From Methylovirgula sp. (GTDB lineage Bacteria; Pseudomonadota; Alphaproteobacteria; Rhizobiales; Beijerinckiaceae), in contig JASHUD010000051.1 in NCBI GenBank assembly GCA_030040215.1, positions 1-36,112 on the forward strand: a stretch of DNA of 36,112 nt. The letters are read 5' to 3'. This document shows, piece after piece, positions 1 through 8,796 of this stretch; positions within the stretch are counted from its first letter, which is position 1; every line of letters starts with the position of its first letter. The translations under genes and the position numbers were made by a program. The notes below the pieces were generated by a model. It ran no database searches, was not told the origin of the DNA, and saw only the letters and a list, made by a program, of their open reading frames with translations.

Positions 1-178
1 CATGTTTGCGGGGCCGACAAGAAAATGGGCCATTGTCCCAAGGCCCATCACTACATGGGATACCATCTCCGCGGAGCCAACAAGAAATCCGGCTATTGAG
101 CGCATGGAGATCGCCGCGGTCTCGCTCGATCATTTACCTTCGGCATGCGGCGGAACGCGAAAATTTTTCGCACGATGC

Positions 179-385
179 TCAGTCCGGCCGTTCCATCCAT
201 TTGATGAGCGGCATCATGGGCAGAACCCAGGCCATGCCGAGCACGGCGTAGCATAGTGCCTGGACGAGCCCCGGAGCTTGCCGCAACGGCCGCGCCTGGG
301 CGAGCGCCATGGCGGCGAGCGCATAGGCGACCACGAAAGCGAGCATCAGGACCGAGCCCACGAACTTGCGCCGACTCTTGCGCAT
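179..385 (-). CDS. DUF2842-like small membrane protein (68 aa)
   Basis: MRKSRRKFVGSVLMLAFVVAYA...GMAWVLPMMPLIKWM; two hydrophobic helices; GGAGG RBS before ATG 385; this family is usually divergent from COX15 in Rhizobiales. Confidence 0.8.
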   Translation of the reverse strand: MRKSRRKFVGSVLMLAFVVAYALAAMALAQARPLRQAPGLVQALCYAVLGMAWVLPMMPLIKWMERPD

Positions 386-487
386 CGTCCCTCCAAAATG
401 CCGCGACAGGACGCGCCTGGATTTGGTCGCCGACCTTCGCCTTAAGTCCAAGCCGAATTCCGATCGGAACCGGGACCGGCCGAACAA

Positions 488-524
488 TTGACATCCATGC
501 AATACGCGTTACATATCACATAAC
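488..524 (+). promoter_or_regulatory. putative sigma70 promoter and operator of higBA
   Basis: Perfect TTGACA at 488-493, AT-rich downstream tract with a weak -10, imperfect inverted repeat GTTA-N9-TAAC (508-524). Confidence 0.5.
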
Positions 525-530
525 ACATGA

Positions 531-812
531 ATGATCCAAAGCTTCGCAGATCGGCAAACGGAACTGCTCTTCATGCGCGGCGGAGTTCCTGCCCAATGGC
601 GGAACTTCGGCAAAGTCGCCGTTCGCAAACTCGATATGGTCGACGCGGCGGTGAAACTTGAGGATCTTCGATCCCCGCCCGGCAATCGCCTGGAAAGGCT
701 GAAAGGCAATCGCGCCGGTCGGTACAGCATTCGCATCAACGACCAATGGCGCGTTTGCTTTCGGTGGACCGAAGCGGGGCCGGCCGATGTCGAGATTGTC
801 GATTACCATTGA
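531..812 (+). CDS. higB: HigB-type (RelE superfamily) toxin
   Basis: MIQSFAD...DLRSPPGNRLERLKGNRAGRYSIRINDQWRVCFRW...VEIVDYH, a classic HigB killer-protein signature. Confidence 0.93.
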   Translation: MIQSFADRQTELLFMRGGVPAQWRNFGKVAVRKLDMVDAAVKLEDLRSPPGNRLERLKGNRAGRYSIRINDQWRVCFRWTEAGPADVEIVDYH

Positions 813-826
813 TGATGGAGGTGGAT

Positions 827-1120
827 ATGCCCCGCATTCGAACGCATCCAGGCGAAATCCTCAACGAAGAATTCCTTATCCCTCTTAAAATCAGCGCCCG
901 GGCTCTCGCGGCCAAAATCGATGTCCCGCCCAATCGTATCACCGAGATCGTTCGGGGCGAGCGCGCGGTCTCGGCGGATACGGCAATTCGTCTGGGTATT
1001 CATTTTGGCACCACGAGCCAATTCTGGCTCAATCTCCAGCAAGCCTACGACCTATCGAAGGCGGAGCGCGACGGCGATTTTGGGAAGGTCAAAGCGCACA
1101 AGGGAGAACATGCGGCGTGA
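827..1120 (+). CDS. higA: HigA-type HTH antitoxin
   Basis: HPGEILNEEFL...NRITEIVRGERAVSADTAIRL...FWLNLQQAYDL; GGAGG RBS; directly downstream of the toxin. Confidence 0.93.
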   Translation: MPRIRTHPGEILNEEFLIPLKISARALAAKIDVPPNRITEIVRGERAVSADTAIRLGIHFGTTSQFWLNLQQAYDLSKAERDGDFGKVKAHKGEHAA

Positions 1121-1165
1121 TGTCCGTTTCCGCGAAGTCCGATGCCGCATAGATAGATCCGCGTC

Positions 1166-2287
1166 ATGACCGAAACCACGCTAAGCGCGAACCCGTCAAA
1201 AACCGCGGCGAGCCTCGCCGCCGATCGCTCCGCCGTTCGCATCTGGCTTTATTGCATCGCGGCGCTGGTCTTGGCCATGGTCGTGGTCGGCGGCGCGACG
1301 CGGCTCACCGAATCGGGCCTGTCGATCACCGAATGGCAGCCGATCCGCGGCGTACTTCCCCCCTTGAGCCACGATGCCTGGGTCAGAGAATTCGATCGAT
1401 ATAAGGAAATTCCGCAATATAGCGCGCTGTTTTCAAATCTCGATTTAAGCGGCTTCAAGTTCATCTTCTTTTGGGAATGGAGCCATCGGTTGCTCGGCCG
1501 GCTGATCGGCGTCGCATTCGCCGTGCCGCTCGTCGTCTTCTGGGCGCGCGGAACACTCAGCGGCATTTTGAAGCTGAAGTTGGTTGGCGTTCTGGCGCTT
1601 GGCGCCCTTCAGGGCGTCGTCGGCTGGTGGATGGTCGAGTCCGGGCTCGTCGGTCGCATCGAGGTGGCGCAGCAGCGCCTCGCCATTCATCTTTTGCTGG
1701 CTTCGCTTACCTTCGCAGCACTGATCTGGATCGCGAGTTCGCTGGCGCCGCGCGGCGCAGAACGGCGGGCGCGCTGGCAGCGCATTCTGGCGCTTGCGAT
1801 CCTGTTTGTGACGTTCGCGCAGATCTTCCTCGGCGCGTTGGTCGCCGGCCTGCGCGCCGGGCGCGTCTATAATACATGGCCGCTGATGGACGGCGGCCTC
1901 GCGCCGCCCGCCGGCGTTTTGACGGCTCTGCATCCCTTCTGGCGCAATCTCACCGACAACGTCGCCATGGTGCAGTTTCAGCACCGCATGGTCGCCTACG
2001 CGCTGCTGGCGCTGGCGATCGCCCAGGCAATCGCCACGGCGCGTTTTGCGCCGCGCACCGGCGCCGCGCGTCGCGCCATCGGCTTCGTCCATGTCGTCGC
2101 TCTGCAGGTGGTGCTGGGGATTACGACGCTGCTGCTCGCGGTGCCGCTTTGGGCCGGGCTGCTGCACCAGGCCTTCGCGATGGTGGTGCTGGCTTTCGCC
2201 GCCAGGAATGCGCAGGCACTGACGGAAGGCAATTTTGGGCGCGCGAACGATCCATTGCGGACGAAAGTGAAGTCCACGGTATCATAA
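1166..2287 (+). CDS. ctaA: heme A synthase, COX15/CtaA family
   Basis: VGGATRLTESGLSITEW, FFWEWSHRLLGR, RLAIHL, QFQHR, GLLHQ motifs; multiple TM helices. Confidence 0.93.
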   Translation: MTETTLSANPSKTAASLAADRSAVRIWLYCIAALVLAMVVVGGATRLTESGLSITEWQPIRGVLPPLSHDAWVREFDRYKEIPQYSALFSNLDLSGFKFIFFWEWSHRLLGRLIGVAFAVPLVVFWARGTLSGILKLKLVGVLALGALQGVVGWWMVESGLVGRIEVAQQRLAIHLLLASLTFAALIWIASSLAPRGAERRARWQRILALAILFVTFAQIFLGALVAGLRAGRVYNTWPLMDGGLAPPAGVLTALHPFWRNLTDNVAMVQFQHRMVAYALLALAIAQAIATARFAPRTGAARRAIGFVHVVALQVVLGITTLLLAVPLWAGLLHQAFAMVVLAFAARNAQALTEGNFGRANDPLRTKVKSTVS

Positions 2288-2338
2288 TACCGCATCAGGG
2301 AATTCGCTGTTTTCTCGATTTATTCCGTCGCAGTGCGG

Positions 2339-2368
2339 TTGACGAAATCGCCGCCCTCGGGCTAGAAG
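2339..2368 (+). promoter_or_regulatory. putative sigma70 promoter of rplM-rpsI
   Basis: TTGACG-N16-GCTAGAAG, alphaproteobacterial housekeeping-promoter style. Confidence 0.5.
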
Positions 2369-2414
2369 CGGCGCCTTGGCGCTGCCTGCGCCGCCTTCCC
2401 CCAGAGCCTCGCCC

Positions 2415-2882
2415 ATGTTCGGCAAGACCCATTCGACCAAGACCGCCGAGATCGACAAGCAGTGGATCGTCATCGACGCCGCGGGGCTCGTCGTTGGCCG
2501 GCTCGCCGCGCTGATCGCGCTCAGATTGCGCGGCAAACACAAACGCTCCTTCACGCCGCATGTCGACGACGGCGACAACATCGTCGTCATCAACGCGGAG
2601 AAAGTGGTCTTCACCGGCCGCAAGCGCGACGACAAGGTCTATTATCATTATTCGGGCTATCAGGGCGGCATCAAAGAGCAGACCCCGCGGTTCATCCTCG
2701 AAGGTAAGTTTCCGGAGCGGATCATCGAGAAGGCGGTGGAGCGCATGTTGCCGCGTGGGCCGCTGGGCCGCAAGCAACTCGGCAATCTGCGCGTCTACAA
2801 AGGCGCCGAACATCCGCATGCGGCCCAGAACCCGACGCCGCTCGACGTGGCAAGCCTCAACCGCAAGAACGCGAGGCCGTAA
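2415..2882 (+). CDS. rplM: 50S ribosomal protein L13
   Basis: WIVIDA...GRLA...[15 protein letters not shown]...MLPRGPLGR...HPHAAQ. Confidence 0.97.
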   Translation: MFGKTHSTKTAEIDKQWIVIDAAGLVVGRLAALIALRLRGKHKRSFTPHVDDGDNIVVINAEKVVFTGRKRDDKVYYHYSGYQGGIKEQTPRFILEGKFPERIIEKAVERMLPRGPLGRKQLGNLRVYKGAEHPHAAQNPTPLDVASLNRKNARP

Positions 2883-3355
2883 TGTCCGATACGTTTTCCT
2901 CGTTTGAAGACCTGCGCACGGCGACCGCGCCGCCGGCGCCGCCGGTCTATGTCCAGAAGCTCGACAAACAAGGTCGTGCCTACGCGACCGGCAAGCGCAA
3001 GGACGCGGTGGCGCGCGTTTGGATCAAGCCCGGCGCCGGCAAGGTCGTCGTGAACGAACGGCCGCTCGAAGTCTATTTCGCTCGGCCCGTGCTGCGGATG
3101 ATCTTGCAGCAGCCGCTGGGCGTCGCAAAACGCGTCGGCCAATACGACGTGACGGTCAGCGTCGCCGGCGGCGGCCTTTCCGGACAGGCCGGCGCCGTGC
3201 GGCACGGCCTCGCCAAGGCGCTCACCCATTACGAGCCGGAGTTGCGCCCGCTCCTCAAGAACGAGGGATTCTTGACCCGCGACTCGCGCGTCGTCGAGCG
3301 CAAGAAATACGGCAAGAAGAAAGCCCGACGCAGCTTCCAGTTCTCGAAGCGCTGA
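2882..3355 (+). CDS. rpsI: 30S ribosomal protein S9
   Basis: [22 protein letters not shown]-terminal RRSFQFSKR; TAATG overlap with rplM. Confidence 0.98.
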   Translation: MSDTFSSFEDLRTATAPPAPPVYVQKLDKQGRAYATGKRKDAVARVWIKPGAGKVVVNERPLEVYFARPVLRMILQQPLGVAKRVGQYDVTVSVAGGGLSGQAGAVRHGLAKALTHYEPELRPLLKNEGFLTRDSRVVERKKYGKKKARRSFQFSKR

Positions 3356-3381
3356 TTACTTCTTAGCGCGGGGTTGAGCGC

Positions 3382-3455
3382 CGTCATTGCGAGGAGCGAA
3401 GCGACGAAGCAATCCAGCAGCGTCTCTGGATTGCTTCGCTTCGCTTGCAATGACG
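3382..3455. repeat. CGTC-tagged REP-like palindromic repeat, copy 1
   Basis: CGTCATTGCGAGGAGCGAAGCGACGAAGCAATCCAG-spacer-CTGGATTGCTTCGCTTCGCTTGCAATGACG; near-identical arms recur at 12647. Confidence 0.88.
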
Positions 3456-3516
3456 TTGCCCGTCCGGCGAAGCGACACCAATTATGAAACTAATTGAATC
3501 GTGGGATCCGTAGTCC

Positions 3517-4440
3517 ATGAACGCCCGCATCTTCATCGACGGTCAATCCGGCACGACCGGGCTCGGCATCGCGGCGCGGCTTGCGGCGATCCCGGCGATC
3601 GAGCTCGCCCGCCTGCCGGAGGAGAAGCGCAAGGATCCGGCGGCAAAGGCCGCGCTGCTGCGCGACGTCGATCTCGTCATCCTCTGTCTTCCCGATGCGG
3701 CGGCGAAAGAAAGCGCCGCGCTCGTCGCCGCGCTCGGCCAAGCCGGCCCTCGCGTCCTCGACGCATCGAGCGCGCACCGCGTCGCGCCGGGCTGGGTTTA
3801 TGGTTTTCCGGAGCTGGCCAAGGGCCAAGCGGAGAAGGTCAAATCCGCGCCGCGCGTTTCCAATCCCGGCTGCTATGCGACGGGGGCCATCGCGCTGTTG
3901 CGGCCGCTCATCGACGCGGGTCTTCTGCCCACCGATCATCCGCTCGCCATCAACGCGGTCTCCGGCTATAGCGGCGGCGGCAAGACGATGATCGCCGATT
4001 ATCAGTCCGGCGTGGCGCCCGATTTCGAACTTTACGCGCTCGACCTGGAACATAAGCACGTACCCGAAATCGTGGCGCACGCGCGGCTCGCGCGCCGGCC
4101 GATCTTCGTGCCGAGCGTCGGCAATTTCTCGCAAGGGATGCTCGTCTCGATTCCGCTGTTCCTCGACGATCTGCCCGGCAGGCCGAAAGCCGCCGACCTC
4201 GAGGCCGCGATCGCCGCGCATTATGCGCAGGCCGAGTTCGTCCGCGTCATGCCCGCCGACCAGGATCGGCTCGAACCGCAGTCGCTGAATGGCAGCGACG
4301 GCCTCGAACTGCACGTCTACGGCAACGAAACGCGCCGCCAGGCTTTGCTCGTCGCCAAGTTCGACAACCTCGGCAAAGGCGCCTCAGGCGCGGCCGTCCA
4401 AAATCTCGGGCTGATGCTGGGGCTCGACGTGGCGCCGTGA
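3517..4440 (+). CDS. argC: N-acetyl-gamma-glutamyl-phosphate reductase (short, type 2 form)
   Basis: FIDGQSGTTG, VSNPGCYATG, SGYSGGG, DNLGKGASGAAVQN. Confidence 0.96.
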   Translation: MNARIFIDGQSGTTGLGIAARLAAIPAIELARLPEEKRKDPAAKAALLRDVDLVILCLPDAAAKESAALVAALGQAGPRVLDASSAHRVAPGWVYGFPELAKGQAEKVKSAPRVSNPGCYATGAIALLRPLIDAGLLPTDHPLAINAVSGYSGGGKTMIADYQSGVAPDFELYALDLEHKHVPEIVAHARLARRPIFVPSVGNFSQGMLVSIPLFLDDLPGRPKAADLEAAIAAHYAQAEFVRVMPADQDRLEPQSLNGSDGLELHVYGNETRRQALLVAKFDNLGKGASGAAVQNLGLMLGLDVAP

Positions 4441-4488
4441 TCGGCTGCTCGCGAGACCGCGAGTAGACCCACGCGGACTGGCCGGCGC

Positions 4489-5343
4489 CTATAGCCCCGG
4501 CTTCCAGGCGACGATCTCTTGGCGCTGTTCGCCGAGAAGGTCGGCGCCGAGGGTAAGTATCGAACCGGCTTTCAGATAGCGCGCCGGTCGGCGCGCCATG
4601 CCCACTCCCGGCGGCGTGCCGGTCAAGATCACATCGCCCGGTTCGAGTTCAATGAAATGCGAGATGTAGGAGACGAGGTGCTTCACGTTGAAGACCATCG
4701 TCTTGGTGTTGCCGGTTTGCATTCGCTCGCCGTTCACATTGAGCCAGAGATTTAACCCCTGCACGTCGGGAATTTCGTCGGGCGTGACGAGCCAGGGACC
4801 GAGCGGGCCGAAGCTTGGCGCGCTCTTGCCCTTCATCCATTGGCCGGCGTGCTCCAATTGAAAAGCGCGTTCGGAAACGTCGTTGGCAAGGCAGAAGCCG
4901 GCGACGTGATTGAGCGCGTCTTCTTCCGGCACGTAACTTGCCCGTTCGCCGATCACCACGCCGAGTTCGACTTCGAAGTCGAGCTTCTCGCTGTTCTTCG
5001 GCATGATGATCGGATCGTTGGGGCCGTTCGTGCAGTTCGGCGCCTTGCTGAACAAGATCGGCTCTTTCGGAATGGGCGCGCCGGTCTCCCGGGCGTGATC
5101 GCTGTAATTGAGGCCGATCCCGATGAAATTGGTGGGCTTGCCGACCGGCGGCCCGAGCCGGGGCGTGCCGCGCACCAGCGGCAGATTCGCCGGTCTGGCG
5201 CGGCGCAGTCGTGAGAGGTATTTGGCGCCGAGATATTCGCCGGCGAGATCGGGGACGAGGCCGCTTACGTCGCGAATCTTGCCGTCGGCATCGATGAGGC
5301 CGGGCTTTTCTTTGCCCTTCGCGCCGTAGCGGACGAGTTTCAT
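4489..5343 (-). CDS. fumarylacetoacetate hydrolase family protein
   Basis: GIGLNYSDH, DFEVELGVVIG, NDVSER, KGKS, GDVILTGTPPGVG. Confidence 0.93.
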   Translation of the reverse strand: MKLVRYGAKGKEKPGLIDADGKIRDVSGLVPDLAGEYLGAKYLSRLRRARPANLPLVRGTPRLGPPVGKPTNFIGIGLNYSDHARETGAPIPKEPILFSKAPNCTNGPNDPIIMPKNSEKLDFEVELGVVIGERASYVPEEDALNHVAGFCLANDVSERAFQLEHAGQWMKGKSAPSFGPLGPWLVTPDEIPDVQGLNLWLNVNGERMQTGNTKTMVFNVKHLVSYISHFIELEPGDVILTGTPPGVGMARRPARYLKAGSILTLGADLLGEQRQEIVAWKPGL

Positions 5344-5487
5344 GCGCTTCCCCTGACCTTTGCCGCCGCCCTGCGATTCTTAGCCCGTTGCACCGAGGCC
5401 GTCGAGGCGAAGGCTCGCTCCTTACCCCCCGCTGCCACGCGAAAGCAAAAGAAAATCAGAAGGATGGTTAGGACGTTTCGTTAAGCA

Positions 5488-7359
5488 TCAGCTCTTTACC
5501 CGCACGTATTCGCCGGGGGCGTCGCAGAGGGGGGCAAATTTGCGCCCGCCGGGGGCACGCGCCGGCACCTTTTCCCGGGCAAGCTTGCCGATCCAGGCTG
5601 CCCAATCCGGCCACCAGCTGCCTGGATGTTCGACCGCCCTCTGCAACCAGTCCTCGAAGGCGCCGGCCGGACGCGGGCCCGTCCAATATTGGTATTTCGG
5701 CTTTTTGGGAGGATTGACCACACCGGCGATATGCCCCGATCCGGCCAGCACGAAACGGACATCGCCGCCGAAGAGTTGCATCCCCGTAAACACCGATTTC
5801 GCCGGCGCGATATGGTCCTCGCGGGTCGCGAGACTATAGATCGGCACCGTCACTTCGGAGAGGTCGAGCATCTCGCCGTCGATCACCATCTCGCCCTTGG
5901 CGAGCTTGTTCTCGAGATAGCAATTGCGCAAATAAAAGGCGTGATTGGCGGCGGCCATCCGCGTCGAATCGGAATTCCAGGTCAGGAGATCGAATGGCAA
6001 CGGCGGCTGGCCGCGCATGTAACTATTCACGACAAACGACCAAATAAGGTCGTTCGGACGCAGCATGTTGAACACGGCCGCCATCTTTGCTCCGTCGAGA
6101 TAGCCTTTCTCGGCCATGCTTTCCTCGACCTGGCGGATCTGCTCCTCGTCGATGAACACCTTCAAATCGCCGGCATCGGTGAAATCCGTCTGGGCCGTGA
6201 AGAACGTCGCGCTGGCGATACGCCGGTCCCGGCGGCCCGCCATCAAGGCGAGGGCGATCGCCAGCAACGTTCCTCCGACGCAATAGCCGAGCGCGTGCAC
6301 GCTCGTTTCCCCCGTCGCTTTGCGGATCACGTCGAGGGCCGCAAATACTGCCTCTTCAAGATAGGCCTCGAAATCTTTGTCGCGATGCCGTGCATCCGGA
6401 TTGACCCAAGAGATCAGAAATACGGTCAGGCCTTGATCCACCGCGAATCGGACGAAGCTCTTCTCGGCGTTGAGATCGAGGATGTAATATTTGTTGATCC
6501 ACGGCGGGATGATCAGCAGCGGCCGTTTAAAGACCTGTTCGGTCGCCGGCGCATATTGAATGAGTTCCATCAGCTCGTTGCGGAAGATCACCTTGCCGGG
6601 CGTCGTCGCCACGTTGACACCGAGTTCGAATTTCGAGGAATCGCTCTGCCGGATGCGCAACTTTCCGCCGCCGGCCTTGATGTCCTCGGTGAGCAGTCCA
6701 ACGCCGCGCACGAGGTTTTCGCCGCTCGAACGCAGCGTCTCGCTGAGCAGTTCGGGATTCGTGCCGATGAAGTTCGAGGGCGACAGAGCGCTGGCAAGCT
6801 GGCGCAGATAGAATTGCGCCTTCTGTTTGGTGCGCGGATCGATCGTCTCCGAGCGTTGGACGAGGGTCTCCGCCCAGCTCGCCGAAATCGCGTGCGCCTG
6901 GCGCAGAAAATCGAAGATCGGACTTTCGCGCCATTGCGGCGCGGCAAAACGCCGGTCGGCGGGATCGTACGGCACGACGGGTTCGTCGGATTCGCCCGAA
7001 AGCCGCCGCAACGTATGCGCCCAGAGGCTCAGGAAATTCGTCGATAGCGCGGTCTGCGCCTCGACCGTGCGTTGCGGATCGGCGAGCCAATATTCGGCCA
7101 CGCGTCCGAAGCTTTGCACCGCATCGAGCACGGTGTCGGCGAAGCCGTTTCCGCTTGGTTCGGGAGACTTGATAAGAGCGGCGAGGGCCTTGCCGCTTTC
7201 CGCGATCAGTAAGGCGAGATTTTGCGAAAGCCGATCGAAATCCGGCGCGGCGGAATCGGTTGCCTTGGGCGTCTCCGGCGGCTCAGGGGCGGACGCGCTC
7301 GGCGAGGGAAAATCGCCGCGTTTGGCCGGCTGGCCGTGCTTCTTGCGCTTCTTTGCCAT
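5488..7359 (-). CDS. phaC: class I poly(R)-hydroxyalkanoate synthase
   Basis: PPWINKYYILDL, lipase box GYCVGG, WNSD, EDHIAP, SGHIAG, GSWWPDW, APGEYV; GGAGG RBS before ATG 7359. Confidence 0.96.
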   Translation of the reverse strand: MAKKRKKHGQPAKRGDFPSPSASAPEPPETPKATDSAAPDFDRLSQNLALLIAESGKALAALIKSPEPSGNGFADTVLDAVQSFGRVAEYWLADPQRTVEAQTALSTNFLSLWAHTLRRLSGESDEPVVPYDPADRRFAAPQWRESPIFDFLRQAHAISASWAETLVQRSETIDPRTKQKAQFYLRQLASALSPSNFIGTNPELLSETLRSSGENLVRGVGLLTEDIKAGGGKLRIRQSDSSKFELGVNVATTPGKVIFRNELMELIQYAPATEQVFKRPLLIIPPWINKYYILDLNAEKSFVRFAVDQGLTVFLISWVNPDARHRDKDFEAYLEEAVFAALDVIRKATGETSVHALGYCVGGTLLAIALALMAGRRDRRIASATFFTAQTDFTDAGDLKVFIDEEQIRQVEESMAEKGYLDGAKMAAVFNMLRPNDLIWSFVVNSYMRGQPPLPFDLLTWNSDSTRMAAANHAFYLRNCYLENKLAKGEMVIDGEMLDLSEVTVPIYSLATREDHIAPAKSVFTGMQLFGGDVRFVLAGSGHIAGVVNPPKKPKYQYWTGPRPAGAFEDWLQRAVEHPGSWWPDWAAWIGKLAREKVPARAPGGRKFAPLCDAPGEYVRVKS

Positions 7360-7457
7360 GCGATCGTCCCACCTCCGGGTGCCATGATAGAGCTTTATTC
7401 CAAGGCTAGGAATCGCATTACTTCGCACGGCTGTGGGACGAAACCGAGAGGTTCCCG

Positions 7458-8018
7458 ATGTGGGTCACGCGGCGAATCGCTGCATTTCTTTGGGCCGCGG
7501 CCGTTTTGGCCGGTTTCGGCGCGGCGCCAGGCTTCGCCCAGGAGGGCCAATCGCCGACGCCGCAGGCGACGCGAGGCCAGCACCATTATTGGGACTGCGT
7601 CAGCCCGATTTGCACCTATGAGCAACCGAAGGATGCGAGCAAGCCGCCGCAGCCTTACGGCGGCGGCACGCCCATCGACGTGTTCCTGAACACCAAGTTC
7701 TGGACCGACGCTCCCGAGGCCAAGCCTTTCGTAAAGGCGACCCGCCCTCCGGAGGACACGCTTCACTATCAGACGACGGGCGGCAACGACATCGCCCGGC
7801 CGAAGCTGAAGACGTCGACGCAGTTGCAACAGATGGAGGACGAGCTCGAGCGGGCCGGAGCGGCCGGCGACCGGGCGGCCGGTATCAAGTCGCATTTCCA
7901 CGTCGAGGCGAGGAAGAGTGCGAAAACGTCCCGCGATGTTTCGAACGAACATCGATCCTCGAGCGCTTCTACCGCGCCGCTCGGCGCCGCTGACGCGGCG
8001 AGAGCTTCACGGCAATAG
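7458..8018 (+). CDS. hypothetical exported protein
   Basis: Sec-like signal (RRIAAFLWAAAVLAGFGAAPGFA|Q); GAGAGG RBS; fills the phaC-SDR gap. Confidence 0.7.
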   Translation: MWVTRRIAAFLWAAAVLAGFGAAPGFAQEGQSPTPQATRGQHHYWDCVSPICTYEQPKDASKPPQPYGGGTPIDVFLNTKFWTDAPEAKPFVKATRPPEDTLHYQTTGGNDIARPKLKTSTQLQQMEDELERAGAAGDRAAGIKSHFHVEARKSAKTSRDVSNEHRSSSASTAPLGAADAARASRQ

Positions 8019-8768
8019 ATCCTCTCGCGCCTGCCACGGCGCACGGAAATCCAAGATCGCGTCGGTCGGAAAATCGTAAAGCTTGCCGGTTTGCGTCCAT
8101 GCGGGACTGGCGAGCGCGGCGATTTTCGGCGCCAGCGCTTCCGGCGGCGGTAAACTCTCGGGATCTTCGCCGGGCATTGCGGCGGCGCGCATGCGGGTAC
8201 GCATGGGCCCAGGATTGACCAGCATCACCTTGACCTGCGAGGTCGCCTCGGTTTCGGCCGCATAGGTCCGCGCCAGTTCGTCGAGCGCCGCTTTGGAGAT
8301 CGCATAGGGACCCCAATAGGCGCGCGCCAGATGCGCGGCGCCCGAGGTGATCATCACAACGCGGCCGGCGTCGGATTGGCGCAGCGGCAGATCGAGCGCC
8401 CGGATGAGCCGCCAATTGGCGGTGACGTTGACCGCGATGATGTCCTCCCATTGGGCGGGCTCGACATGCGCGAGCGGCGTAAGCGGACCCAAAATTCCGC
8501 CGTTGCCGATGAAAATATCGAGCTTCTTCCAGCGCGCGTGGATCGCCGTCCCCAGCCGGTCGAGGCCGGCAAAGTCCTTGAGGTCGCAAGGGACCAGCGT
8601 CGCTTCGCTCTTCTCGGCGCGAATCGCGTCGTCGAGTTCTTCGAGGCCGCCTTGCGTGCGGGCGAGCGCGATGACATGCGCGCCGGCGCGCGCCAGTTCG
8701 AGCGCGACCGCCCGGCCGATGCCGCGCGAAGCGCCCGTCACGAGTGCGATGCGGCCAGAGAGAGACAT
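8007..8768 (-). CDS. short-chain dehydrogenase/reductase (YciK-like)
   Basis: TGASRGIG, YAISK catalytic YxxxK, NPGPMRTRMRA; typical gene downstream of purF. Confidence 0.92.
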   Translation of the reverse strand: MSLSGRIALVTGASRGIGRAVALELARAGAHVIALARTQGGLEELDDAIRAEKSEATLVPCDLKDFAGLDRLGTAIHARWKKLDIFIGNGGILGPLTPLAHVEPAQWEDIIAVNVTANWRLIRALDLPLRQSDAGRVVMITSGAAHLARAYWGPYAISKAALDELARTYAAETEATSQVKVMLVNPGPMRTRMRAAAMPGEDPESLPPPEALAPKIAALASPAWTQTGKLYDFPTDAILDFRAPWQAREDLLP

Positions 8769-8796
8769 TATGAGGAGGTTCGGATCGGACCTGCGT

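Noticed and set aside
1-3. CAT at the window edge, a possible start codon of a minus-strand gene
   Set aside because: No coding sequence inside the window to evaluate
4445-4466. Hairpin CTGCTCGCG/CGCGAGTAG between convergent argC and FAA hydrolase as a terminator
   Set aside because: No U-tract on either strand, so an intrinsic terminator call is unsupported
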